Position numbers and translations under genes: made by a program. Shown in pieces: positions 61,025-64,000 of a DNA stretch of 64,000 bases (position 1 is the first letter of the stretch; each line of letters begins with the position of its first letter). Below the pieces are notes generated by a model, which was not told the DNA's origin, did not search any database, and saw only the letters and a program-made list of their open reading frames with translations. The stretch is from Eledone cirrhosa (lineage: Eukaryota). The DNA lies in the NCBI GenBank assembly GCA_964016885.1, contig OZ024747.1, forward strand, positions 51,336,001 through 51,400,000, given 5' to 3'.

Positions 61025-61150
61025 TAGGGCGTTAGATTATCGGAATCGTTAGAGCTTTGTCACATTTAGTTTACCTTCTGAGTTCAAATCCAGCAGAGGT
61101 CAGCTTTGCTTTTCATCCTTCTTGGGTCGATAAAATAGAGTACCAGTAAA
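61025..61150 (+). mobile_element. Degenerate SINE (9109-related)
   Basis: ctgagttcaaatccagcagaggtcagctttgcttttcatccttcttgggtcgataaaatagagtaccag. Confidence 0.75.
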
Positions 61151-61317
61151 TTATTAGGATCAGTTTAAATGATTTCCTTCACCTCCGAAATTACTAATGT
61201 CTCTGCTAGAAAATAATTACAGTATATCTATATGAGAATATCTGCGCTATATCCCTCTTATATTCTAATATTCAAATATATGACACTCACTATGTAAATA
61301 ACTATAATATATTCATA

Positions 61318-61491
61318 TTTGTTTCTACTTTAGGCACAAGGCCAGCAATAACCCAGTTCATTACTGGTACTTTATTTTATCGACCCCGTAAGGATGAAAG
61401 GCAAAGTCAACCTCGGCGGGATTTGAACTCAGATCGTAAAGGGACGTAAGTATGCTGGAAAGCATGGCGTCCGACCCTCTACCGATACTGA
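61318..61491 (-). mobile_element. SINE (9109 family)
   Basis: Close reverse complement of 9123-9295. Confidence 0.9.
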
Positions 61492-61508
61492 TAATGCACC
61501 GCCTTATT

Positions 61509-61660
61509 GGCGGCGAGTTGGCAGAGTCGTTAGAATGTCGGATAGAATGCTTTATGGTATTCATTCCAGCTCTCCGACCTCTGAGTTCAAATCCCGCCGA
61601 GGTCAATTTTGGCTTTCATCCTTTCGAGGTCGATCAACAAAGTACCAGTCTAGTACTGGA
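61509..61660 (+). mobile_element. SINE (9109-related), head-to-head with the previous copy
   Basis: ggcggcgagttggcagagtcgttaga...gagttcaaatcccgccgaggtc...ctttcatcctttcgaggtcgat. Confidence 0.85.
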
Positions 61661-62493
61661 TTGGATACTTCCTCTATATCTCTTTCTCATTTCCTCTCTC
61701 TCACTTTCTTTCTCTGGAAGAAACCTGCTGTACTCAGGCCTGGAGATAGATGGGCTCCACCAGTCTTAAAATGTCGAAGAAACGTCGTATGTCAATACGG
61801 CGCCCCCACGACTCTATCAGGAGCTACGGGACCAAAGATACATACATTTATATTCATGTTATATATCAGCGGTTGACAACAGGAGGCCCGTAATAGCAGT
61901 TATAGAAATCCGTAAAGTAAGTTCAAAATTTGAAGTATTTTGATAAAAAATATAATACACTCGGTATGTACTGGGTATCCATTCGTCTCCAAATAGAAAT
62001 GTTTCTCTCTTTCCATTGTTATTCTCACTGTATAACATCCTGGGTAACGGAGTATATTTAATTGGGTGGTGGTTCGGCTTCTCTTTGTGAAACATTTAAC
62101 AAACGCTACTCTATGTGGTTGCTCAACTTGCTACAAAGAGCGGCTAAACTTTCCTTTAATCCCACCTCACTTTCTTAAATAATGAAGGACACGTTAAATA
62201 AAGTTTTACTAGACGAGTCATCATGTCTGAATAAGAGGGGATGATCAAGGCTTGGAATGTCCTTGGTCAAATATTGGCTTTATGAGAACAGATGTGGGGC
62301 TAAAACCCAGCATCATCATCGTCAATAAAAACAGTATCACAAATATCATCATTAAAACTATCATCATCCTCATCATCAAAACATTAGTAGCGTGAACGAT
62401 AATCGCATTATATCATGTCACTCGCCACTACCAGCACCACCCACCACCAATACCACCACCACCACCACCACCACAGCTTTTAACAACAGCAGC

Positions 62494-62524
<31 letters not shown>

Positions 62525-63195
62525 GCAACAAGAAAAACAACAGCAACACCAAAGCCATCACCACCAGGAACAACATTACCGCTGTCAGCGTCACCTCCAC
62601 TACTATCAACATCATCGCTACGCCACCGCCATTATCACTACCCCCGTCCTCTTCGGCGTCACGTGACACTCATGTGACACTCATTTCATACAGCAGCAGC
62701 AGCTGAGTTAATTTTTTAAAAACTCCCCACCGTAATAATAGCAAAATAAGTTTTAAAGTTTGATTTATGCGAGTGGGTGGTGAGGTATGTTTCTAGAGGG
62801 CAAAGGCTGACCCCTGCACATTCAGGAGTGGGGCTTCAGCTAGACTAGGGCTTTATTAATGGACTCTAATTATATTGGAGGCCTTTGTTTGGTTGTGTCT
62901 GTGTGTGTGCAAAGATGTGTATGTAAAAACGCAGCTGTTTGCGTGTGTAAAAATGTCGGTGTTTGTGTATGTAGCGTAGACGTGTGTGTATTTTTGTGTG
63001 TATGTGTGTGCATATGTAACTATATGTGTGTGGTGGTGACGACCTATGGCTGTGTGTGGGTTGTATAAATGTATGTGTGTGTGTGTGTGTGTGTGTCTGT
63101 GTGTGTTTATATGTGTGTGCGTAATTACACATTTCGAATGAGAGATGTATGGCTATGTTTATCCATGGAAGCCTGTAGTTGTATGTACACGCACT

Positions 63196-63620
<425 letters not shown>

Positions 63621-63669
63621 AAATATTAATTCAAAATATTAACAAAATAGATATTCTTGTGATCAAGTA

Positions 63670-63736
63670 TATTTTATTATACATATTTCAGAGGTACTGA
63701 GTTAACTTCAACAGTACGTCCTCATCAGATAAAATA
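63670..63736 (-). ncRNA. Type I hammerhead (family B-related)
   Basis: TATTTTAT CTGATGA GGA c GTACTG ttgaagttaact CAGTAC c TCT GAAA TATGTA TA/ ATAAAATA. Confidence 0.87.
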
Positions 63737-64000
63737 AGATGATGCATGACATACCCTGACATAGTAGATGGTTAAGATTCAGTCATGGTAGTGAACTCAT
63801 TGTAAAGCTCATTCTTTGATATATATGTACATATATATATATATATATATATTTGGCGCGTTATGGTCCATCTGGTTCCTTACCACATTTCCTTCGTTAT
63901 ATATATATATATATATGTCTGTGTATGTGTGTATCTATGTATATATTAGTATGAGTGCTTATTTGATGTATACATACATACATACACAAACATGTATACG

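Overview
Very AT-rich, microsatellite-saturated eukaryotic DNA. The SINE families and simple-repeat load suggest an octopus or other cephalopod (inference). I cannot support any host protein-coding gene, and almost all of the ORF track ([12 protein letters not shown]) is translated (TA)n/(CA)n. The real coding remnants are all mobile: a near full-length Tx1/L1-type LINE (about 54.0-59.65 kb), four Penelope-like element (PLE) pieces (RT at 16.9-18.5 kb; GIY-YIG at 20.2, 22.2-23.1 and 38.2-38.8 kb), and RTE and probable CRE 3' fragments. Non-coding mobile DNA includes tRNA-derived SINEs and a 1-kb non-autonomous Helitron whose empty site is also in the window. The main hidden signal is RNA. I count about 27 type I hammerhead ribozyme (HHR) motifs, including degenerate ones, in several families. 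Seven lie in a tandem array of 465-545 bp non-coding units (25.3-29.0 kb) that looks like a non-LTR retrozyme carrying a variable (TA)n tract inside the monomer. Two more lie in a 595-bp tandem unit (49.5-50.4 kb). That unit and a second, unrelated family carry a compensatory U3-A8 catalytic core instead of C3-G8, which CUGANGA searches would miss. Several HHR elements form fold-back inverted repeats that break at the ribozyme. All folds were derived by eye, and cleavage activity and novelty are untested.
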